Both the position numbers and the translations under genes were made by a program. A DNA stretch of 56,427 nt from Patescibacteria group bacterium. GTDB lineage: Bacteria; Patescibacteriota; Minisyncoccia; Moranbacterales; UBA1568. This document shows positions 18,150 through 24,968 of the stretch, in pieces. The stretch lies in assembly GCA_038078615.1 (NCBI GenBank), contig JBBTWT010000001.1, forward strand, positions 1 to 56,427, written 5' to 3'. The notes beneath the pieces are model-generated. The model saw only the letters and a program-made list of their open reading frames with translations. It did no database searches and was not told where the DNA came from. Each line of letters opens with the position of its first letter. Positions within the stretch are counted from its first letter, which is position 1.

Positions 18150-18178
18150 TTGACTATTCATAAAAAGTATGCTATACT
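18150..18178 (+). promoter_or_regulatory. Near-consensus sigma70 promoter for the small membrane protein gene
   Basis: TTGACT (18150-18155), a 17-nt spacer ending in TGC, then TATACT (18173-18178). The RBS AGGAGG lies at 18219-18224. Confidence 0.55.
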
Positions 18179-18232
18179 ACGCGGTAAACTAATTTCGGTT
18201 TACATAAGTCCCTTGTTCAGGAGGAAGTCGCC

Positions 18233-18424
18233 ATGTTGCCACAAGAACTCTATGTTCCGTTTGTGTTGTGGGGTGCCGCAACGGCTCTAACCGTCTACCA
18301 GATCTACAAGAAAAAGAACTTGAACCACTGGTTGACACGTGGGGCGCTGGGGGTTTCATTGGTACTCACAACCTTCGTATTGGTTGTACTGCTTGCGAAA
18401 GCGGTTACCGACGCGTGCAAGTAA
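18233..18424 (+). CDS. Small two-TM membrane protein, hypothetical
   Basis: 63 aa. A strong SD sits 8 nt upstream of the ATG, with a promoter upstream. It has two hydrophobic helices. Confidence 0.55.
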   Translation: MLPQELYVPFVLWGAATALTVYQIYKKKNLNHWLTRGALGVSLVLTTFVLVVLLAKAVTDACK

Positions 18425-18446
18425 TCAACTCATTCTCCCCCCCCCC

Positions 18447-18479
18447 GAAGCGGTTCACAAAAACTTTGTGAACCGCTTC
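18447..18479. terminator. 15-bp perfect hairpin between convergent genes (putative terminator), preceded by a C10 run at 18437-18446
   Basis: GAAGCGGTTCACAAA-aac-TTTGTGAACCGCTTC. There is no clear U-tract on either side. Confidence 0.5.
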
Positions 18480-18480
18480 T

Positions 18481-19698
18481 TCATTTCCGGAGAATTGCTC
18501 CGATTTTCTCCGCACAGCTCTGCCAACTGAAACGCTCTGTATTCTTCAGCCCTTTTTCTATTATACCATCCCGGAGCGCCTTGTCCGAAAGCACTTTCTG
18601 CATGCCTTCTGCGATATTCTTAACACTGTAAGGATCAACAAACATCGCCCCACCGCCTGCCCGCAATACTATTTCGTCTGGCGGAATTGTAGGCGGGCCG
18701 GCCACTTCCGGCAGAGACGATGTGTTCGATGTCACCACCGGCACGCCGACCGACTGCGCCTCAAGCACCGGAATCCCGAATCCTTCATACAGTGTCGGAA
18801 ACGCAAACACATCCGCATTTTTCAGAAGCTCCCATTTCTCTTCTTCTGTCACATATCCCATTAAGAAAATGTCAAGCTTGTAGCTTGTAGCTTGTAGCTT
18901 GTAGCGAATTCTCCTTGCTCCAAAACCCCATTTTCCTGCAAGCACAAGTGTGTGCGGAATCTGATATTTCTCCTTGAGCATTTCAAACGCTTCTATAATC
19001 CTGACGATATTTTTTCGCTCCTCTAAACGTCCGATAAACAAAAGGTATGGTTTGGAAATTGGAAACCTGCCCGTCCGGCAGGCGGGTTGGAAATTGAGAT
19101 TTGCTTGGAAATTGGAAACCTGCCCGTCCGGCAGGCGGGTTGGAAATTGGAAATTGGTTTCATATCCTTCATACACCACGCGCGTCTTCTCCTCTGGCAC
19201 CCCGTAGAGACGCATCACATCCCGCTTCGTGTTTTCCGAGACACAGATGACCGTCGTCGCCGCACGGCACGAGAAACGGATGGAAGCGCGCATATACAGC
19301 CGCTCCCAGAATGAATATCCATCGGGACAGAATTCGTACTCCAAGCCGTGAATCGTTACGACGGTCTTGGCAGGATGGATGCTCGGCACGGTGTGCGCCG
19401 GAACGAACAGAACATCCGGCGGATGCAGCAGCATCTCGATTGATAACCCTACTTGCGTCCAGAAACGCGGCGCCCATATTCCGCGTACCCGCCAATGCTC
19501 CGGCAGTTCAAAGTCTATTTCCGGAATGACGACTTGTAACTTGTAACTTGTAACTTGTAACTTCTTCCGCACATACAAAACAACAGTGTCCGTTCCAGGG
19601 ATGACACTGCGCAGATGCTTGATCGTCTGATACGCATATTCCTCGATCCCTGTCCGCCGTTTCAGAAATGCCCGCGATGCATCGATACCTATTGTCAT
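18481..19698 (-). CDS. Glycosyltransferase family 4 carrying three in-frame repeat-derived segments
   Basis: GT4 motifs are present: KPYLLFIGRLEERKN and PTLYEGFGIPVLEAQSVGVPVV. The segments KLQVTSYKLQV, QVSNFQANLNFQPACRTGRFPIS and YKLQATSYKLD are encoded by tandem repeats. Confidence 0.75.
   Translation of the reverse strand: MTIGIDASRAFLKRRTGIEEYAYQTIKHLRSVIPGTDTVVLYVRKKLQVTSYKLQVVIPEIDFELPEHWRVRGIWAPRFWTQVGLSIEMLLHPPDVLFVPAHTVPSIHPAKTVVTIHGLEYEFCPDGYSFWERLYMRASIRFSCRAATTVICVSENTKRDVMRLYGVPEEKTRVVYEGYETNFQFPTRLPDGQVSNFQANLNFQPACRTGRFPISKPYLLFIGRLEERKNIVRIIEAFEMLKEKYQIPHTLVLAGKWGFGARRIRYKLQATSYKLDIFLMGYVTEEEKWELLKNADVFAFPTLYEGFGIPVLEAQSVGVPVVTSNTSSLPEVAGPPTIPPDEIVLRAGGGAMFVDPYSVKNIAEGMQKVLSDKALRDGIIEKGLKNTERFSWQSCAEKIGAILRK
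18875..18905. repeat. Heptanucleotide tandem repeat (AGCTTGT)x4.4 inside the GT4 ORF
   Basis: Read directly. It encodes YKLQATSYKL on the minus strand. Confidence 0.95.
19052..19157. repeat. Tandem duplication (period 53 nt) containing a GC-rich hairpin module, inside the GT4 ORF
   Basis: TTGGAAATTGGAAACCTGCCCGTCCGGCAGGCGGGTTGGAAATTG occurs at 19052-19096 and again at 19105-19149, followed by GAAATTGG. Confidence 0.9.
19532..19563. repeat. Heptanucleotide tandem repeat (ACTTGTA)x4.5 inside the GT4 ORF
   Basis: Read directly. It encodes KLQVTSYKLQV on the minus strand. Confidence 0.95.
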
Positions 19699-19703
19699 AG
19701 CTG

Positions 19704-19735
19704 GTAGCTTCTTAGCTTTTTAGCTGGTAGCTTCT
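19704..19735. repeat. Left arm of the inverted repeat flanking the four-helix-bundle gene
   Basis: GTAGCTTCTTAGCTT (19704-19718) is the exact reverse complement of 20131-20145. Similarity extends to about 31 nt with one indel and three mismatches. AGCT recurs every 7-8 nt. Confidence 0.8.
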
Positions 19736-20100
19736 GAAGAGAGCTTGTTAATCATCGCGTTTAACATACGCATTACTTCTCCAAGCAATGCTTCAACCTG
19801 AAAAAAATTCAAACCATTCCCAAGTGGCAATCGCTTGGAAATTTCAATCTGTGTTTCTAGCTCTGCACCCGATCCATATGCAAGCAAGAGAAAGTGACGG
19901 AAATCTTTTCTTGTGCCACGTCTACGCCCTTCTGCAATATTAGAGGGAATAGAGACAGCTGCTCGTCTCATCTGTGAAGTTAAGCCGTACAGTTCGCTTT
20001 TAGGATAATTTTCTGTAAGTTCATAAACCTTGGTTACAAGCTCTACAGATTTTTGCCACACGACTAATTCTTTATAAGAATGTATTGTATTCTGTGGCAT
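19720..20100 (-). CDS. Four-helix-bundle protein (23S rRNA intervening-sequence protein / Avd-related family)
   Basis: 126 aa. YKELVVWQKSVELVTKVYELTENYPKSELYGLTSQMRRAAVSIPSNIAEG is the characteristic signature of this family. Confidence 0.8.
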   Translation of the reverse strand: MPQNTIHSYKELVVWQKSVELVTKVYELTENYPKSELYGLTSQMRRAAVSIPSNIAEGRRRGTRKDFRHFLLLAYGSGAELETQIEISKRLPLGNGLNFFQVEALLGEVMRMLNAMINKLSSEATS

Positions 20101-20114
20101 ACTGTCTTTTCCTA

Positions 20115-20145
20115 ATAAGCTACGAGCTACAAGCTAAGAAGCTAC
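20115..20145. repeat. Right arm of the inverted repeat flanking the four-helix-bundle gene
   Basis: Reverse complement of 19704-19735. It overlaps the mreB stop codon (20142-20144). Confidence 0.8.
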
Positions 20146-21158
20146 TTTGCCAACATAATGCTCCGCTTGTACACTTCCAGATTTTCGAGCACGATACCAG
20201 CTCCGCGCACCACGCAGAACGCCGGATCGTCGGCCACGTAGCAAGGCACGTTGATGGTTTTCGATATCAGCTGGTCGAGATGCTTGAGCTGGGCCGTCCC
20301 GCCGGAGAGCACCATCCCCTTGTCCATGATATCGGCGGCGAGTTCCGGCGGCGTTTCCTGCAGCACCTGCTTGATGACATTGATGATCTCGCGGAGTTCG
20401 TCCTGGATGGCTTCCGTCACCTCATTGGAGGAAATGATGATCGTTTTCGGCAGACCGCCCATCAGGTCGCGTCCGCGCACTTCCATATGATCCTCTTTCA
20501 CCTGCGCGATCGCAGATCCGATCTTCATCTTGATCGCTTCGGCCGTCCGATCGCCGATAGCAAGGCTGTGCTTGCGCTTGATATAGTCGGAGATAGCCTG
20601 ATCGATACGGTTGCCGCCGACACGCGCGCTGTGCGCCGCGACGATGCCGCCGAGAGAGATGATGGCTATTTCCGATGTTCCGCCGCCGACGTTGATGATC
20701 ATATTCCCCTGCGCCGCATGAATCGGAATACCCGCACCGATGGCCGCCAGGATCGGTTCCTTCACGACATAAGCGGTCTTCGCGCCGGCTTTGAGCGCGG
20801 CATCGATGACGGCGCGACGCTCCGTCGACGTGACTCCCGCCGGGATCGACAGCACGACCTCCGGACGGAAAAATCGGATACGTCCGCTCACGCGGTTCAG
20901 GAAATACTTGAGCATCGCTTCGGTGACGCGATAATCGGCGATGGCGCCGTCCTTCAGCGGCTGGCTCGCTACGATGGTGTCCGGCGTGCGTCCGAGCATC
21001 TCCTTGGCCTCGTTGCCGACGGCGAGCACCTTGTTTTCGATGAGCGAAATAGCCACCACGGATGGCTCATTGATGACCACCCCCTGACCCGGCACGAACA
21101 CCAGCGTGTTCGTAGTCCCGAGATCGATGCCGATTTTCCGCAAAAACATTGGTTTCAT
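20142..21158 (-). CDS. mreB: Rod shape-determining protein MreB
   Basis: It contains IGIDLGTTNTLVFVPGQGVVINEPSVVA and the actin-fold phosphate motifs. Confidence 0.92.
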   Translation of the reverse strand: MKPMFLRKIGIDLGTTNTLVFVPGQGVVINEPSVVAISLIENKVLAVGNEAKEMLGRTPDTIVASQPLKDGAIADYRVTEAMLKYFLNRVSGRIRFFRPEVVLSIPAGVTSTERRAVIDAALKAGAKTAYVVKEPILAAIGAGIPIHAAQGNMIINVGGGTSEIAIISLGGIVAAHSARVGGNRIDQAISDYIKRKHSLAIGDRTAEAIKMKIGSAIAQVKEDHMEVRGRDLMGGLPKTIIISSNEVTEAIQDELREIINVIKQVLQETPPELAADIMDKGMVLSGGTAQLKHLDQLISKTINVPCYVADDPAFCVVRGAGIVLENLEVYKRSIMLAK

Positions 21159-21187
21159 ACTATTGGGATGCTACGTCAAAAAAGTCG

Positions 21188-21365
21188 CTTTCTTTGAAAA
21201 ATTATTTTTTCTTCCTCTGGTTGACGGCGGTAACATTGCTGATGAGTGAGTCGGTAACGGTCGAGCGTGACGGATGGTCTCGACAGGACAGCTCCCTGTT
21301 CGACAGAACGAGTCAGAAATGTTCGACGGAGACCATGGAATGAAAAAATGACTTTTCAAAGAAAG
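21188..21365. repeat. 178-nt intergenic element 'B', homologous core to element A with a different ~24-bp closing stem
   Basis: 21188-21211 pairs with 21342-21365. The shared blocks CGGTAAC, GAGCGTGACG, CAGGACAG, GAGTCAGA and GTTCGACGGAGA appear in the same order as in 14575-14773. Confidence 0.65.
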
Positions 21366-21378
21366 AAAAAAGCAAGCG

Positions 21379-22641
21379 CTATGCTTCCACTCTTTTTATC
21401 CTCGCGCCGATCTTCTGCAGGCGCTCCTCTATCCGCTCATACCCGCGATCCACCTGATGGATGTCCTCGATGATCGTCTTGCCGTTGGCGCACAAGGCGG
21501 CGATGATGAGCGCCGCTCCCGCGCGCAGGTCATAGCTCTTGATCACCGTGCCGCGCAATTTCGTCTTGCCGGAAACCACCACCTGATGCGGATTGAGTAC
21601 CGCCGCTTGCGCCCCCATCTTTTCCAATTCGGAGACGTAGTTGAACCGGCCCTCGAACAGCGTATCGAATACGAAGGTCTCTCCCTCTGCCTGCGTGGCG
21701 AGCACCCCGAACGGCGCCTGCACGTCCGTCGGTACGCCCGGATACGTGCGCGTCTCTATTTTCTTCACCGCGCGCAGTTTTTTCGCAGGAATGACCGTGA
21801 TGGCGTTTTTTGCGATGTCGAACGATACTCCGAATTCGCGCAGTTTCTCGAGCACGAGATCGAGGTGCTCCTCGCGCGCATCGGTCACGGTAAGGAGACT
21901 GCCGGTCGCCGCACCGAGAATGAGGAACGTCGCCGCCTCGTTGGCATCGGGAATGATCCTGTGCTTCGCTCCGCGGAGCCGCTGCGTGCCGGTGATCTCG
22001 AGCGTATGCGTGCCGAGACCCTTGATTCGGGCACCCATCGCGACGAGAAATCTGCCCAAGTCCTCGACGTGCGGTTCGGCGGCCGCGATCTTGATGATCG
22101 TCTTCCCGGGAATCCCGGCTGCGAGCATCATCGCGTTTTCCGTACCGGTCACGGAGAATTCCTTGAGTACGGCTGTCCCCGCATGACGCCTGCGCGCATC
22201 GATGACATAGCCCTTCTTCCCCGATCTCACCGACACGCCGAGTTTCGCGAACGCGTCGATATGCGTATCGATCGGACGCGCTCCGATCACGCAGCCGCCC
22301 GGCTGATAGAAAGAAAACGCGTCAAAGCGCGCCGCAAGCGGTCCGAGCAGCAGGATCGAGGAGCGGATCTTCTTGACGGCGGCGATATCCATTCTTCTCG
22401 GATCGACATTCTTCGCCGTGATCGCGACCGTCCGCTTGCCCCGCCATTCCACCTTCGCTCCCATACTCGAGAGAATTTCCAACATACGGAAAACGTCCTC
22501 GATCAGAGGCAGATTGGAAATCACGCAGGTTTCTTTGGTAAGGAGAGCGGCAGCCAGAATCGGCGTCGTCGCGTTCTTAGATCCGCTGACGATTATCTCG
22601 CCTTTGAGCCGTTTTCCCCCTTCGATTTCAAAAACTTCCAT
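21379..22641 (-). CDS. murA: UDP-N-acetylglucosamine 1-carboxyvinyltransferase
   Basis: The protein begins MEVFEIEGGKRLKGEIIVSGSKNATTPILAAALL. The ORF is open to 22686, but the ATG at 22641 gives the canonical N-terminus. Confidence 0.9.
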   Translation of the reverse strand: MEVFEIEGGKRLKGEIIVSGSKNATTPILAAALLTKETCVISNLPLIEDVFRMLEILSSMGAKVEWRGKRTVAITAKNVDPRRMDIAAVKKIRSSILLLGPLAARFDAFSFYQPGGCVIGARPIDTHIDAFAKLGVSVRSGKKGYVIDARRRHAGTAVLKEFSVTGTENAMMLAAGIPGKTIIKIAAAEPHVEDLGRFLVAMGARIKGLGTHTLEITGTQRLRGAKHRIIPDANEAATFLILGAATGSLLTVTDAREEHLDLVLEKLREFGVSFDIAKNAITVIPAKKLRAVKKIETRTYPGVPTDVQAPFGVLATQAEGETFVFDTLFEGRFNYVSELEKMGAQAAVLNPHQVVVSGKTKLRGTVIKSYDLRAGAALIIAALCANGKTIIEDIHQVDRGYERIEERLQKIGARIKRVEA

Positions 22642-22719
22642 ATAGGCCAGTATAGCGGAGAAGAGGCTTTCAATCAACCCGGACAATAACGGGTACTAAA
22701 CCCGATTTTACCGGCACTG

Positions 22720-22758
22720 CGCTCGGAAACGAAAGCAAGCTTTCGTTTCGCTCACTTC
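22720..22758. repeat. Hairpin repeat CGCTCGGAAACGAAA-loop-TTTCGTTTCGCTCACTTC (copy 2)
   Basis: Same flanks and stem as 7177-7215, with a different loop (GCAAGC versus AATCAT). Confidence 0.8.
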
Positions 22759-22769
22759 GTTTGGTAATG

Positions 22770-22796
22770 AAAAAGGCCGTACATCAGTAACGGCCT
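22770..22796 (-). terminator. Rho-independent terminator about 280 nt downstream of the RT gene
   Basis: The minus strand reads AGGCCGT-ttactgatg-ACGGCCT followed by TTTTTC. Confidence 0.5.
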
Positions 22797-23077
22797 ATCG
22801 TACCTCTTTTTCGAGAGGCGAAGACAAGAGAACTTGCCTTGTTTATGGTAAAACAAAGTTTTTTGTTTTGTGTTTTTGTGTTTGTATTTTTTAAAGAACC
22901 TGTTTCTGCCCCCAAGAGAAAAAGCTATGCTCTTACTCTGTATCACATAACTGACGACCGTCATTCAGGTGATACATTGATTTTTTCTCTCGGAAAAAGA
23001 AAAGCGGGCGATCCGCCTAGAGGAACCACCCGTTTCACAGCTTTATGTACCTAGTATAGCAAATTTTCACCCTCCCG

Positions 23078-24037
23078 TCAACCGCTGCCACTCAAATTCT
23101 TATCTTCGCCTTGTATCAGCTCGCGCAACTTCCACACCCACCTTCTTACTTTTCGATTCCGTGAATGTGAAAGTACACCAAGATAAGAATTTACAATACT
23201 TCCAAAAGTCTCTTCTGTTATCTTTCCTTTCCGAAAGTTTTTTCGAGCATCGCTTAATTTCCGTAATAAACGCCTCTTGGTAGTCATGCGGACGACCGTC
23301 CTGTGTGGCAAAATAACATAACCCAGAAAATCTATTCCCTGGTTGACTTTTCGGATTTCCACTTTGTAAGGATGCAGTACCAATAACAACTTTTCAGAAA
23401 CAAATAACCTGATTTTTACCAATGCCTCTTCAAGGAAAATCCGATTGCTGTGCACAATGACAAAATCATCAGAATAACGAAAGTAATGCCTTGCCTTCAA
23501 CGTATGTTTTGCAAACTGATCCAGCTCATTGAGATAAATATTCGCAAAAAGCTGACTGGTAACATTGCCGAGTGGCAACCCTTTTCCTTTTTCTTTCTCA
23601 AAACTTGCAAAAATAATATCAATCAGCCACAGCGTATCGTAATCAGTAACTTTTTTCCCGATGAGCTTGCGTAAAATTTCATGGTCTATCGAGTCAAAAA
23701 ACTTTCGTATATCACATTTCAGCGTATAGGCTGGAGCTCTCCAGTTTTTGCTTACCTTTCGGCACGCTGGCAAAAGACGCATCACACCGAAGTGGGTACC
23801 CTTGGAGCCGCGCGATGAATATGAATCATAAATAAAGTGCTCATCGAAAATCGTGTACAACACGCGAAAAATCGCTTGGTGCAAAACTCGATCGCGTACA
23901 CTGGCTTTGTGAATATGTCTCCGCTTCGGATCGGAAACATAAAAGTCCTCATAAAGGTCGTGTCTGTATACCTTGGAAACAAGCTCTTGATGCAATCGAA
24001 GAAGATTGTCTTCCAGCTGAAACTCAAAAAGAGCCAC
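23078..24037 (-). CDS. DGR-type reverse transcriptase
   Basis: 319 aa with a GTG start. The RT motifs LPLGNVTSQLFANIYLNELD and RYSDDFVIV are present, and it is adjacent to the TR/VR pair. Confidence 0.85.
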   Translation of the reverse strand: MALFEFQLEDNLLRLHQELVSKVYRHDLYEDFYVSDPKRRHIHKASVRDRVLHQAIFRVLYTIFDEHFIYDSYSSRGSKGTHFGVMRLLPACRKVSKNWRAPAYTLKCDIRKFFDSIDHEILRKLIGKKVTDYDTLWLIDIIFASFEKEKGKGLPLGNVTSQLFANIYLNELDQFAKHTLKARHYFRYSDDFVIVHSNRIFLEEALVKIRLFVSEKLLLVLHPYKVEIRKVNQGIDFLGYVILPHRTVVRMTTKRRLLRKLSDARKNFRKGKITEETFGSIVNSYLGVLSHSRNRKVRRWVWKLRELIQGEDKNLSGSG

Positions 24038-24134
24038 GTCGCTCTTTTTCTGCTTCCCCTTTCTGAACTCTTTCCATGCAGCCAGAAGATTTGCTACACT
24101 GACAATATTATGGAAAAGGCTTCCTCTAACGTTA

Positions 24135-24171
24135 CCCCCCCCCTCTCTCTCTCCCTCTCTCTCTCTCTCTC
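24135..24171. repeat. Simple-sequence tract C9 (TC)5 CC (TC)8
   Basis: Read directly. It lies in the divergent region between the RT start (24037) and the Avd-like ORF. Confidence 0.95.
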
Positions 24172-24182
24172 TTCGGAATAGT

Positions 24183-24530
24183 GATATTTCGATTGTTCAT
24201 AGTATCAAGAAGGTATATGCGACTCTCTACCAAATCGGAGGCAAAATTCCCAAGCGAGATAGGCTCGGTATTCACGGGCGCATCGAACATCTCGCACTTG
24301 AAACCATAGGCTATATCATTCGTGCTTCATTGGCACAAAAATATCAGAAACGGGAAATACTCGAACACGTACGCGTCTCTCTGGAAACTCTGAAACATCT
24401 GGTGCGTATAGAATATGAACACAATATCATCCCGGAAAAATCATATATCGAGATAGCCGCGCTGCTCATTGAAACTTCCAAAATGACCAATGGCTGGATC
24501 AAGTACCTGACACAAAGTCCCGCACTCTAG
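24183..24530 (+). CDS. Avd-like accessory variability determinant (four-helix bundle); no canonical start codon for the full-length domain
   Basis: The in-frame translation IKKVYATLYQIGGKIPKRDRLGIHGRIEHLALETIGYIIRASLAQKYQKREILEHVRVSLETLKHLVRIEYEHNIIPEKSYIEIAALLIETSKMTNGWIKYL has the Avd pattern (KxY...PKxxR...EiGkMlxgW). The frame is open from 24021, but the first ATG/GTG/TTG is the TTG at 24330. Confidence 0.6.
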   Translation, partial: DISIVHSIKKVYATLYQIGGKIPKRDRLGIHGRIEHLALETIGYIIRASLAQKYQKREILEHVRVSLETLKHLVRIEYEHNIIPEKSYIEIAALLIETSKMTNGWIKYLTQSPAL

Positions 24531-24549
24531 CGGGACGTTCCTGTGTTGA

Positions 24550-24672
24550 AACTTCTCGACGGACACCGCCATCGGGATGTGAATCGTCCAGATCGTACCA
24601 GTTCACGTTCACCTTGCGATTGTCCGGATTCCAGTTCACGTTCGGCACGTTGCCATCCGCATTACGAGAACC
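24550..24672 (-). repeat. DGR template repeat (TR)
   Basis: 123-nt ungapped match to 24996-25118. All 16 differences fall at TR adenines on the minus-strand sense. The region is rich in AAC codons. Confidence 0.85.
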
Positions 24673-24903
24673 TTCTCCCTTACTGTGAGCATCCATCTCT
24701 ATCACCGAACCTCTGTTGCCAGAGCATCTGTGTTCCTCGCGGTCGCGAGCGCTGTGCCGCATCATCTCCTACCGTGAAAAATCTATGCGCAAATACTCAC
24801 AGGCAGTTTCAATTCTTGGCAAACTATCATCCCACTCGGGTGAGACTAGCTTAACAGCCGATTTGTATTATACACCATTTTCTTGAACTTTTGAGAAGAA
24901 GAT

Positions 24904-24937
24904 AAAAAAAACCATATGCGTGCACGCACGCATATGG
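24904..24937 (-). terminator. Rho-independent terminator of the DGR target gene
   Basis: A 12-bp-arm palindrome CCATATGCGTGC..GCACGCATATGG (24912-24937) is followed on the minus strand by T8 (24911-24904). It lies 32 nt after the stop codon. Confidence 0.75.
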
Positions 24938-24968
24938 GGAAAAAGGGTAAAAGGCTCAAGTGTTGAGG

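Noticed and set aside
19052-19157. Repeated 45-nt units with a short spacer, considered as a possible mini-CRISPR array.
   Set aside because: There are only two copies with a 53-nt period. They lie inside an intact GT4 ORF, no cas genes are present, and the spacer is 8 nt.
22752-22964. 70-aa minus-strand ORF downstream of the RT.
   Set aside because: It has low-complexity Lys/Phe-rich translation across an A/C-rich tract, with no RBS and no motif. The region is better explained as non-coding.
24499-24765. 88-aa minus-strand ORF overlapping the 3' end of the Avd-like gene.
   Set aside because: It is the DGR template repeat read in the VR frame (an Asn-rich copy of the target C-terminus). It has no independent start or RBS support and is treated as non-coding TR.
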